From the NCBI GenBank assembly GCA_034190465.1, contig JAXINV010000070.1:1-12849 (forward strand): a stretch of DNA of 12,849 nucleotides, in the 5' to 3' direction. Each line of letters begins with the position of its first letter. Position 1 is the first letter of the stretch. Source of the stretch: Candidatus Asbonarchaeum danakilense (GTDB taxonomy: Archaea; Nanohalarchaeota; Nanosalinia; Nanosalinales; Nanoanaerosalinaceae). Below, one piece after another: positions 6,178 through 12,849 of the stretch. A program made the position numbers and the translations under genes. The notes below the pieces were generated by a model, which made no database searches, was not told the origin of the DNA, and was given only the letters and a program-made list of their open reading frames with translations.

Positions 6178-6810
6178 CTATGAACCGCCGAGCTTGCGTT
6201 TCAGCGCATTCTTCGCCTTCCGCGCGTACTCCCGGGCACCCTGCCACACGATCTTGTCGTAAATCGCGTGGACCCTGTTGCCGTACCGGTTCATATACGT
6301 CACGTCCGTCACACGGTACTTGTTCGGCGGGTTCGACCGCTCACGCGGGTAGCCCAGCGTGATCATCGCCATCGGCCGTAGTTCATTCGGCACGTCCAGC
6401 AGATCCGCCACATTCTCCTCGTTGAACGCACCGACCCAGGCAGCGCCCAAACCCAGCGACTCCGCCATCAACAACATGTTCTGCATAGCAGCCGCCGTCT
6501 CCTGGATCATGTACAGGTTCTCACCGCGCTCCTCGAACTTCGTCCGGGCCTTCTCCCGGTCCCCTAGGATCACCAGGCAGACAGGCGCCTCCCGGATGTG
6601 TTCCTGATTGTACGAATACTGTGAGAGCTTCTGCCGCAGATCATAATCCTCAACGATGATGAACTCCCAGCTCTGCATATTGCCCGCCGACGGAGCCCAT
6701 CGTGCCGCCTCCAGAACCTTCCCGATCTTATCACGCTCAATATCCTGGTCCTTATACTTCTTCACCGAGACCCTGTTCTGCATCACATCCAGCAGTTCCT
6801 TCGGCGACAT
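6178..6810 (-). CDS. Nitroreductase-family FMN-dependent oxidoreductase
   Basis: RVSVKKY, LEAARWAPSAGNMQSWEFIIV, AAAMQNMLLMAESLGLGAAWVGAF, ITLGYP. The start is either ATG 6810 (TATA TTAAATA at 6833-6839, leaderless spacing) or TTG 6819 (GGAGG 5 nt upstream). Confidence 0.93.
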   Translation of the reverse strand: MSPKELLDVMQNRVSVKKYKDQDIERDKIGKVLEAARWAPSAGNMQSWEFIIVEDYDLRQKLSQYSYNQEHIREAPVCLVILGDREKARTKFEERGENLYMIQETAAAMQNMLLMAESLGLGAAWVGAFNEENVADLLDVPNELRPMAMITLGYPRERSNPPNKYRVTDVTYMNRYGNRVHAIYDKIVWQGAREYARKAKNALKRKLGGS

Positions 6811-6896
6811 ACGAGACAACGCGGCCTCCAGCTATTTAATTTTATGCCGTCCAGACAGCAGAAACGTTTTAACCCTCACCGAGAAAGCTCCCACCG

Positions 6897-8609
6897 ATGA
6901 AGTATTCTGCCCTCGTCGAGGTCTTCAACCGGCTGAACGCCACCCAGGCCAACCTCGAGAAGACAGACATCCTCGCCGAGGCGCTCAGCGACGCTTCAAC
7001 CGAGGACCTACCGCTCATCACCCGTTTCTGCCGCGGCAAGATCTTCGCCTCCTGGGACGACCGCGAGATCGGCATGTCCTCCAGCCTCGCCAAAGAAGCC
7101 ATCAGCAAAACCACCGGCGCATCCGACGACGACATCGACGACGCCTGGCGGGAAACAGGCGACCTCGGCGACGCCGCAGCATCGCTCATGGAACAGAGCC
7201 GACAGGACCTCTCCCAGTTTGTCCAGGACGAAAGTGCGGATCTCACCGTCCAGGAGATCTACGACACCTTCGAAACGATCGAACAGGCCGAGGGCGAGGG
7301 CTCCGTCGACCGGAAGGTCAGCGAGCTCGCTTCCCTGCTCAACAGGGCCGACCCCGACGAGGCCAGATACATCGTCCGGCTGGCCGTCGGCGCGATGCGG
7401 CTCGGCGTCGGCGAAGGCACCGTCCGGGACGCCCTCGCCAAAGCGTTCATCCCCGAGATCGACCCCGACGAGGCAGAGGCCATGGTAGAGCATGCCTACG
7501 ACGTCACCAACGACTTCGGCCTCGTCGCCAGAGCCCTCAAAGAGGACGGCGAGGAGGGACTCAACGACCTGGAACTCGAACTGTTCCGTCCGATTAAGGT
7601 CATGCTCGCACAGAAATCCGAGTCCATGGAGGAGGGCTTCGAGGACGTCGCGGATGAGGACGGCGTCGCCGCGCTGGAGGCCAAGTACGATGGCATGCGG
7701 ACACAGATACACAAGCAGGGCGACGAGATCCGTGTCTTCACCCGGCGACTCGAGGACGTCACAAAGCAGTTCCCCGACCTGGTCCAGGCCGTCGAGGAGC
7801 ACATCGACGCTGACGAGTGCATCATCGAAGGCGAGGCCGTCGCCTACGACCCCGACGACCACAGCCAGGTCCCGTTCCAGACCATGTCCAAGCGGATCAA
7901 GCGGAAGTACGACATCGAACAGATGGTCGAAGAGATCCCCGTCGTCCTCCACCTGTTCGACATCACCTACCTCGACGGCGAGGGACTGCTCGACGAGCCG
8001 CTGCGGGATCGCCTGTCACGACTGGACAGCATCCTCGACCCCGAAGACTGGGTCATCGACCGGGCCGAACACCTCGAGACCGACGACCTCGACCGGGCCA
8101 ACGACTTCTACCAGCGCATCCTCTCCCAGGGCCACGAGGGCATCATGCTGAAGAACCTGGACGCGGCGTACAAGCCCGGCTCCCGTGTCGGCTACATGGT
8201 CAAGCTCAAGCCCATCATGGAGACCCTCGACCTCGTCGCTGTCCGCGCCAAGTGGAGCGAAGGCCGGAAGAGCGACTGGCTCGGCAGACTCTTCCTCGCC
8301 TGTCGGGACGAAGACGGTGAGCTGCTGGAGGTCGGGCGGATGTCCACCGGCTTCACCGACGAAGAGCTCGCCGACCTGACCGAGCGGCTGGAGGACCTGA
8401 TCATCGAGGAGGACGGTCGCGAGGTCACACTGCAGCCCGAGGTCGTGATCGAGGTCGCGTACGAGGAGATCCAGGAGTCCCCGAAGTACGGGTCCGGCTA
8501 CGCGTTACGGTTCCCCCGGTTCATCCAGGTGCGGGAGGACCTGTCCGTCGAGGAGGCCGACTCCCTTGCGAAGGTCGAGTCGCTGTACCGGGATCAGGCC
8601 GACACCTGA
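6897..8609 (+). CDS. lig: ATP-dependent DNA ligase
   Basis: Motif I EAKYDGMRTQIH (KxDG adenylation Lys), III IIEGEAV, IIIa HLFDITYLDG, IV EGIMLK, V MVKLK and VI LRFPRF, with an N-terminal DNA-binding domain (TGDLG). TATA TTTTAA at 6867-6872. Confidence 0.98.
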   Translation: MKYSALVEVFNRLNATQANLEKTDILAEALSDASTEDLPLITRFCRGKIFASWDDREIGMSSSLAKEAISKTTGASDDDIDDAWRETGDLGDAAASLMEQSRQDLSQFVQDESADLTVQEIYDTFETIEQAEGEGSVDRKVSELASLLNRADPDEARYIVRLAVGAMRLGVGEGTVRDALAKAFIPEIDPDEAEAMVEHAYDVTNDFGLVARALKEDGEEGLNDLELELFRPIKVMLAQKSESMEEGFEDVADEDGVAALEAKYDGMRTQIHKQGDEIRVFTRRLEDVTKQFPDLVQAVEEHIDADECIIEGEAVAYDPDDHSQVPFQTMSKRIKRKYDIEQMVEEIPVVLHLFDITYLDGEGLLDEPLRDRLSRLDSILDPEDWVIDRAEHLETDDLDRANDFYQRILSQGHEGIMLKNLDAAYKPGSRVGYMVKLKPIMETLDLVAVRAKWSEGRKSDWLGRLFLACRDEDGELLEVGRMSTGFTDEELADLTERLEDLIIEEDGREVTLQPEVVIEVAYEEIQESPKYGSGYALRFPRFIQVREDLSVEEADSLAKVESLYRDQADT

Positions 8610-8643
8610 TACGCGTCAAACACGACGACAGGACAGCACCACC

Positions 8644-8789
8644 TTTTTATATGTTGCAGTAGTAACACCGTACACCGGTAAGTTTCCACTGCCCGATAAC
8701 AACTCCCGGCAAACTTATTTAAAGGAGAGACGGGCATAAAAGCACGTAGTTACCGGAAGAATACGACAACAACAAGGTGTTTCACAACA
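8644..8789 (+). promoter_or_regulatory. trmB upstream region with two TATA-like boxes and an SD
   Basis: TTTTTATA at 8644-8651, GCAAAC-TTATTTAAA at 8715-8723, and SD-like AAGGTG at 8774-8779. Confidence 0.55.
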
Positions 8790-9611
8790 ATGGTCGCAAG
8801 CCAAGAGACTCTGGACGCACTAGAAGACGTAGGACTCAACATGTACGAGAGAAAGATTTACGCCGCACTCATCTCGCGTGGCGTCTCCACAGCCGGAGAA
8901 CTCTCCGAGATGACCGGTGTACCCCGGTCGCGGTCGTATGACGTGCTCGAGTCCCTCGCCGACAAGGGCTTCGCTATCCTCAAGCCATCCAAGCCCATGC
9001 AGTACGTCGCAGTGCCGCCCGAAGAGGCACTCGAGAACAAGAAAGACCTGTACAAGGAGGAACTTGAAGAAAAGATGGACAAGATCGACCGGTTCAAAGA
9101 GACCGAAGCCGTCAACGAGCTCCAGAGCCTCTACAACGAAGGCGTAGACCGTGTTGAACCCGCTGACATGTCCGGTGCGGTCAAGGGCCGGTACAACGTC
9201 CACAAGCATATAGGCAACATGATCCAGTCTGCCGAGGACGAGGTCAAGATCATGACCACCGAGAAAGGACTCCAGAACATCGCAGACAACCATCAGGACG
9301 TCCTCGAAGAAGCTGCAGAGGCAGGCGTCAACGTCCGTGTCGCCGCACCCGTCACAGATGAGAACGGGGAGGCACACGAACAGATCGCTGACGCCGCCGA
9401 TGTCCGACACTTCGACGAGGAGCATCTGGAGCACAAGCCAGAGGGACGGTTCGTCATCGTGGACGACGACAAGGTTGCATTCTCACTCACCCACGACGAC
9501 ATCCACCCGACACAGGACACCGTCTTCTGGTCAGAGTCCGACCACGCGGCAGAACAGGCCCTCGGCCCGATGTTCGAGATGGTCTGGAACAGCGGCTCAC
9601 AGCCGCGATAA
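8790..9611 (+). CDS. TrmB-family wHTH protein (short TrmBL2-like transcription/chromatin factor)
   Basis: GLNMYERKIYAALISRGVSTAGELSEMTGVPRSRSYDVLESLADKGF wHTH, YVAVPPEEAL followed by a coiled coil, and a C-terminal PLD-like domain (GVNVRVAAP, RFVIVDDDK, FEMVW). 273 aa. Confidence 0.93.
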   Translation: MVASQETLDALEDVGLNMYERKIYAALISRGVSTAGELSEMTGVPRSRSYDVLESLADKGFAILKPSKPMQYVAVPPEEALENKKDLYKEELEEKMDKIDRFKETEAVNELQSLYNEGVDRVEPADMSGAVKGRYNVHKHIGNMIQSAEDEVKIMTTEKGLQNIADNHQDVLEEAAEAGVNVRVAAPVTDENGEAHEQIADAADVRHFDEEHLEHKPEGRFVIVDDDKVAFSLTHDDIHPTQDTVFWSESDHAAEQALGPMFEMVWNSGSQPR

Positions 9612-9639
9612 CGATATCCGGGAGCGCCACAGCGCTCCC

Positions 9640-9662
9640 TCGTTCCCCTCTTTTCCTTCTCG
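9640..9662 (+). terminator. Pyrimidine-rich terminator after trmB
   Basis: TCGTTCCCCTCTTTTCCTTCTC about 30 nt past the stop, in a convergent intergenic gap. Confidence 0.45.
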
Positions 9663-9704
9663 TCAGGAGCTTCTATACAGTAGAACCCACACTACACCAT
9701 CAGA

Positions 9705-10601
9705 CTACCTCACCTGGAGTAATCGTCGTGTCGCCTCCGGTCCGAACGCCTGAGTCAGCGCCCTGCCGATACCCTGTCCCAGCTTTGTCGTCAGTAGCGA
9801 CAGCAGGTTGAACGACGGCATCCCGCGGTACTCCTTCACCTGCAGCGACCGGTTCGTCGCGTTCTCCAGGTAGGCAAGCGCCTCCTCGCGGCCTCCCAGC
9901 CGGTCAACAAGACCGATCCGTTCCGCCTCACGTCCGAGCAGGGGCTCCCCCGTCGCATACTGCTCCACGTACGAGACGTTCAGACCGCGTGCCTGCGCCA
10001 CGTCCCTGATGAACGCCTGGTGGATCGCATCCAGGTGGTCCTGCAGCATCCTCCGCTCAGCCTCGGTCAGGTTCTTGTACTGCGACCCCGCATCCTTCAG
10101 CCTTCCTGCGGTCAAGTTCACGTACTCGATGCCAAGCCTGTTCAGCAGTCCTGAGAACTCCAGGTACGTCGATCGAACACCGATACTTCCCGTCATCGTC
10201 AGCGGGTCCGCGACGATGGTGTCGCAGGCGGTCGCAGCCCAGTACGCGCCCGATGCCGCCAGATCCTTCATCAGACAGGTCGTCGGCTCCTTGATATCAG
10301 CGATGACACGTTTCATATCCTTCGACGCGACCACGGAACCGCCACCAGAATTGATGACAAACATGAACGCATCAGCGCCGTCCTTCTGAGCTTTCCGCAC
10401 CAGCGTCCTGACACCGTCAGGCGTCACCGAGCCACTGGAGAAGCCATCGCCCGGCATGATCGATCCCGTTACCGGTATCTCCGCCACCGTCCCCTCAGCA
10501 GTCTTTCCCTGACCGGCACTGGCACCGACAACGTACACGATCCCCACGGCAACAGCGAGCAGGATGAGTGCATGCGGCCAGTCGAGATCACGGAGACCCA
10601 T
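9705..10601 (-). CDS. sppA: Signal peptide peptidase SppA (peptidase S49)
   Basis: N-terminal TM anchor, INSGGGSV, LAASGAYWAA (catalytic Ser), TGSIGV, AGRLKDAG (catalytic Lys), GLVDRLG. Confidence 0.95.
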   Translation of the reverse strand: MGLRDLDWPHALILLAVAVGIVYVVGASAGQGKTAEGTVAEIPVTGSIMPGDGFSSGSVTPDGVRTLVRKAQKDGADAFMFVINSGGGSVVASKDMKRVIADIKEPTTCLMKDLAASGAYWAATACDTIVADPLTMTGSIGVRSTYLEFSGLLNRLGIEYVNLTAGRLKDAGSQYKNLTEAERRMLQDHLDAIHQAFIRDVAQARGLNVSYVEQYATGEPLLGREAERIGLVDRLGGREEALAYLENATNRSLQVKEYRGMPSFNLLSLLTTKLGQGIGRALTQAFGPEATRRLLQVR

Positions 10602-10623
10602 GGTGCCTTCTTCCAGCGCGTCC

Positions 10624-10638
10624 TTTTTATCTTTATCC
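10624..10638. promoter_or_regulatory. Compact bidirectional promoter between sppA and the aminopeptidase gene
   Basis: TTTTTATCTTTATCC sits in a 60-bp divergent gap, about 23-31 nt from both ATG 10601 (-) and ATG 10662 (+). Confidence 0.5.
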
Positions 10639-10661
10639 GGACAAGATTGTCCCGTGGTACC

Positions 10662-11948
10662 ATGGACCGGATAGCCAGGTGGGCGGACATCCTCGTCAAC
10701 TACTCACTCAACCTCCAGGACGGCGACCTCGTCGAGATCACGTTCGAGGACGGCGGGAAAGCACTCGCACGGGAGGTGTACCGGAAAGCACTCCAGGCAG
10801 GCGCCCACCCAGTCTTCAGCCTGGACGACAGCGAGTTCTCACGTATCTTCTACGAGGAGGCCAGCGACGAACAGCTGGAGCACATCCCCGACCACGTCGA
10901 GCACAAGGTCGAGGACCTGGACGCCTCCCTCCGCATTCGGGCCCCCTCCAACACCAGGGAGCTCGCCGAGGTCGACCCCGCCAGGATGCAGCAGGCACAG
11001 ACCGCGCGGAAGGAACTGAAGGACGAAATCATCGAGCACACCACCTGGTCACTCACCCAGTTCCCCACCAAGGCGCTCGCGCAGGAGGCGGAGATGTCGT
11101 ACCAAGCCTACCGCGAGTTCGCCATGGACGCCTGCGTCAAGGACTGGGAAGAGGAATCCCGGAAGTACCAGCAGCTCAAGCAGAAGGTCGACCAGGGCAG
11201 CGAGGTCCGCATCCAGGGCAAAGACACCGACCTCACGTTCAGCATCGGTGAGCGGGACGGCATCAAACGGGTCGGCGCGCTCAGCGACGGCACCAGCAAC
11301 GTCCCCGGCGGCGAGGTCTTCACCGCACCCATCGTCGACTCGGTCGAGGGCGAGATCTACTTCGAACTGCCCGCCGTCACCGGCGGCCGCGAGGTCAAGG
11401 GCGTCCGGCTCGTCTTCGAAGACGGCGAGGTCGTCGACTTCACCGCGGAGAAGAACGAAGACCTGCTGGAAGAGCGACTGCAGACCGACGACGGCTCCGA
11501 CCGGCTCGGCGAGTTCGGCATCGGCACAAACTTCGACATCGACCGGTTCACCAAGAACATCCTGTTCGACGAAAAGATCGGCGGCACCGTCCACCTCGCG
11601 CTCGGCTCAGCGTACAGGAAATGCTTCGAACGGGTCGTGGACCTCGACGCGATCGACCAGCGTGACCTCGACGACGAGGCGTTCCACGACCTCATCGCGG
11701 AGGCGAGGGAGGCGCTGCGTGACGAGGAGTTCGACGCCCTGCTGGACCAGGCCGGCCGCGACGAGCAACGGATCCTCACCACGTTCCGTGACCGGTGGGA
11801 GGAACTGGCCGACCCGGAGGACAGCCAGGTCAACGACTCCTCCGTCCACTGGGATATGATCAAGGACCTGCGCGAGCAGGGTAGCATGAGTATCGACGGC
11901 GAGACAATCCTAGAAGAAGGCGAGTTCGTCGGCGTCGACGCGCTCTAG
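10662..11948 (+). CDS. Thermophilic metalloprotease family M29 aminopeptidase (AmpT/PepS/AmpS type)
   Basis: Metal-ligand motifs NVPGGEVF, LGEFGIG, ILFDEKIGGTVHLALGSAY and SSVHWDMI. N-terminus ADILVNYS..LQ.GD. Start ATG 10662, since the 10572 extension would overlap sppA. Confidence 0.95.
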   Translation: MDRIARWADILVNYSLNLQDGDLVEITFEDGGKALAREVYRKALQAGAHPVFSLDDSEFSRIFYEEASDEQLEHIPDHVEHKVEDLDASLRIRAPSNTRELAEVDPARMQQAQTARKELKDEIIEHTTWSLTQFPTKALAQEAEMSYQAYREFAMDACVKDWEEESRKYQQLKQKVDQGSEVRIQGKDTDLTFSIGERDGIKRVGALSDGTSNVPGGEVFTAPIVDSVEGEIYFELPAVTGGREVKGVRLVFEDGEVVDFTAEKNEDLLEERLQTDDGSDRLGEFGIGTNFDIDRFTKNILFDEKIGGTVHLALGSAYRKCFERVVDLDAIDQRDLDDEAFHDLIAEAREALRDEEFDALLDQAGRDEQRILTTFRDRWEELADPEDSQVNDSSVHWDMIKDLREQGSMSIDGETILEEGEFVGVDAL

Positions 11949-12511
11949 GCCTTACGCAGCAGGATCGACAGCGTGTACACCGACGGCACGAGCAGTCCTG
12001 TCCCTGCCAGCAGCGGCAGGTTCATCCCTTCCATCACCCCGATGAAGATCAGGACCGCGCCGAGCGGTGTGCCGGTGAACACCGGGACGAACAGGTAACC
12101 CAGCTTCTGCTTCGTCATCGCCCCTGACGTGTACAGCTCCGTGGCGTGCGAGGCATAGACCGCCCCTGCCCAGACCCAGTACCCTGTCAGCCCGGTGACG
12201 AACAGGAGCATCAGCGATGTTAATGCCGACATCACACCTCCCATCCACAGCCCGAGCACCGCCAGGCCCGGAAGTACCGCAGCGTAGCAGAATGCACGCT
12301 GGAAGGTGGTACGGCCGTCGTGGTCCAGCCGCGCGGTCAGGAACGGCACCGCCATATAGGCCATGAACGCGAGCGACCCGACGAACCGGTAGCCCACCTC
12401 GATGGACAGCGCCAGGTAGAAGACGACCGCTCCAAGCAGCCAGGACAGTGCCACGACAATCTTGTGATAAGAAGCGAGCGCATCCAGCCGCTGTTTCACA
12501 TCCGCGAGCAT
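11945..12511 (-). CDS. Hypothetical integral membrane protein (about 6 TM helices)
   Basis: Six hydrophobic stretches fill the gap between adk and the aminopeptidase. The stops share CTAG (11945-11948). TTTAAA at 12541-12546 upstream. Confidence 0.75.
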   Translation of the reverse strand: MLADVKQRLDALASYHKIVVALSWLLGAVVFYLALSIEVGYRFVGSLAFMAYMAVPFLTARLDHDGRTTFQRAFCYAAVLPGLAVLGLWMGGVMSALTSLMLLFVTGLTGYWVWAGAVYASHATELYTSGAMTKQKLGYLFVPVFTGTPLGAVLIFIGVMEGMNLPLLAGTGLLVPSVYTLSILLRKA

Positions 12512-12555
12512 CGTCCCACATCATACTGGGGCCGTGACGGTTTAAACTGTGCCGG

Positions 12556-12849
12556 TCATCCCTCGACATCGAACCGGTCGCGGAGCAGCTCCCTGATACT
12601 GTCCCAGACCTCGTCGATCGCCGGGTTGCCGTCGACCTCCGCCAGCATGTCCCGCTCACGGTAGTAGTCGACCAGCGGCGCCGTCTTCTCCCGGTAGGTC
12701 TCCAGCCGCTTCTTCACGACGTCCTCCTCATCATCCTCCCGCTGCATCAGCTCGCCGCCACACTCCGTACAGGTGCCGTCGTCCGCCGGCGGGTCGAACT
12801 CCATGTGGAACGTCGCCCCGCACTCCGTGCAGGTCCTGCGGCCGGTCAG
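12556..12849 (-). CDS. adk: Adenylate kinase, long Zn-LID (bacterial-like) type, 5' truncated by the window edge
   Basis: The frame is open to the window end and reads LTGRRTCTECGATFHMEFDPPADDGTCTECGGELMQREDD.E.VVKKRLETYREKTAPLVDYY, with a C-x2-C-x16-C-x2-C LID and the QR.DD motif. Confidence 0.96.
   Translation of the reverse strand: MTGRRTCTECGATFHMEFDPPADDGTCTECGGELMQREDDEEDVVKKRLETYREKTAPLVDYYRERDMLAEVDGNPAIDEVWDSIRELLRDRFDVEG

Noticed and set aside
8682..8691. ORB-like CAGTGGAAAC on the minus strand (replication origin)
   Set aside because: Single partial match without the 5' TC or the G-string, no convincing inverted partner flanking an AT-rich unwinding element, and no orc1/cdc6 in the window.
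11622..11834. Intein in the aminopeptidase (segment starts with Cys-Phe and ends with Asn)
   Set aside because: At about 71 aa it is too short for a Hint fold. It has no block B TxxH or penultimate His, and the +1 residue is Asp rather than Cys/Ser/Thr.
11945..12511. DUF106/EMC3-like insertase, often found after archaeal adk
   Set aside because: It lacks the cytoplasmic coiled coil and three-TM layout; this protein has about six TM segments.
12763..12834. Repeated TCTECG peptide in adk as a novel duplication
   Set aside because: These are the two CxxC halves of the standard Zn-binding LID.
1..12849. tRNA, rRNA, CRISPR array, transposon or defence system
   Set aside because: No cloverleaf or T-loop pattern in the intergenic gaps, no regularly spaced repeats, and no transposase, integrase, cas or restriction motifs seen.

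Overview
Gene-dense, GC-rich archaeal chromosomal segment encoding mostly D/E-rich (salt-in halophile) proteins. A singlet HMf-type histone, a one-OB-fold SSB, a short TrmBL2-like protein and very short intergenic gaps suggest a DPANN nanohaloarchaeon rather than a Halobacteria member (inference). Gene order: NDP-sugar nucleotidyltransferase (+), small Q/E-rich protein (+), two tandem paralogous atypical kinases (-), endonuclease III (-), SSB (+), AI-2E transporter (+), Nob1 (-), histone (+), nitroreductase (-), ATP-dependent DNA ligase (+), TrmB-family protein (+), SppA (-), M29 aminopeptidase (+), membrane protein (-), and the 3' part of adenylate kinase (-). I found no rRNA, tRNA, CRISPR or mobile element. 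Most notable: (1) a candidate structured leader RNA of the SSB gene, with a 12-bp stem, an SD-occluding hairpin and a perfect 9-nt complement to the start-codon region, echoed by a two-TATA nested-inverted-repeat leader before trmB; (2) a kinase pair with an unusual D-N-R-x-x-N catalytic loop downstream of nth; (3) Nth with a Cys-to-Gly change in the Fe-S motif plus extra Cys; (4) a ~60-aa helical insertion between metal-ligand motifs of the M29 aminopeptidase.
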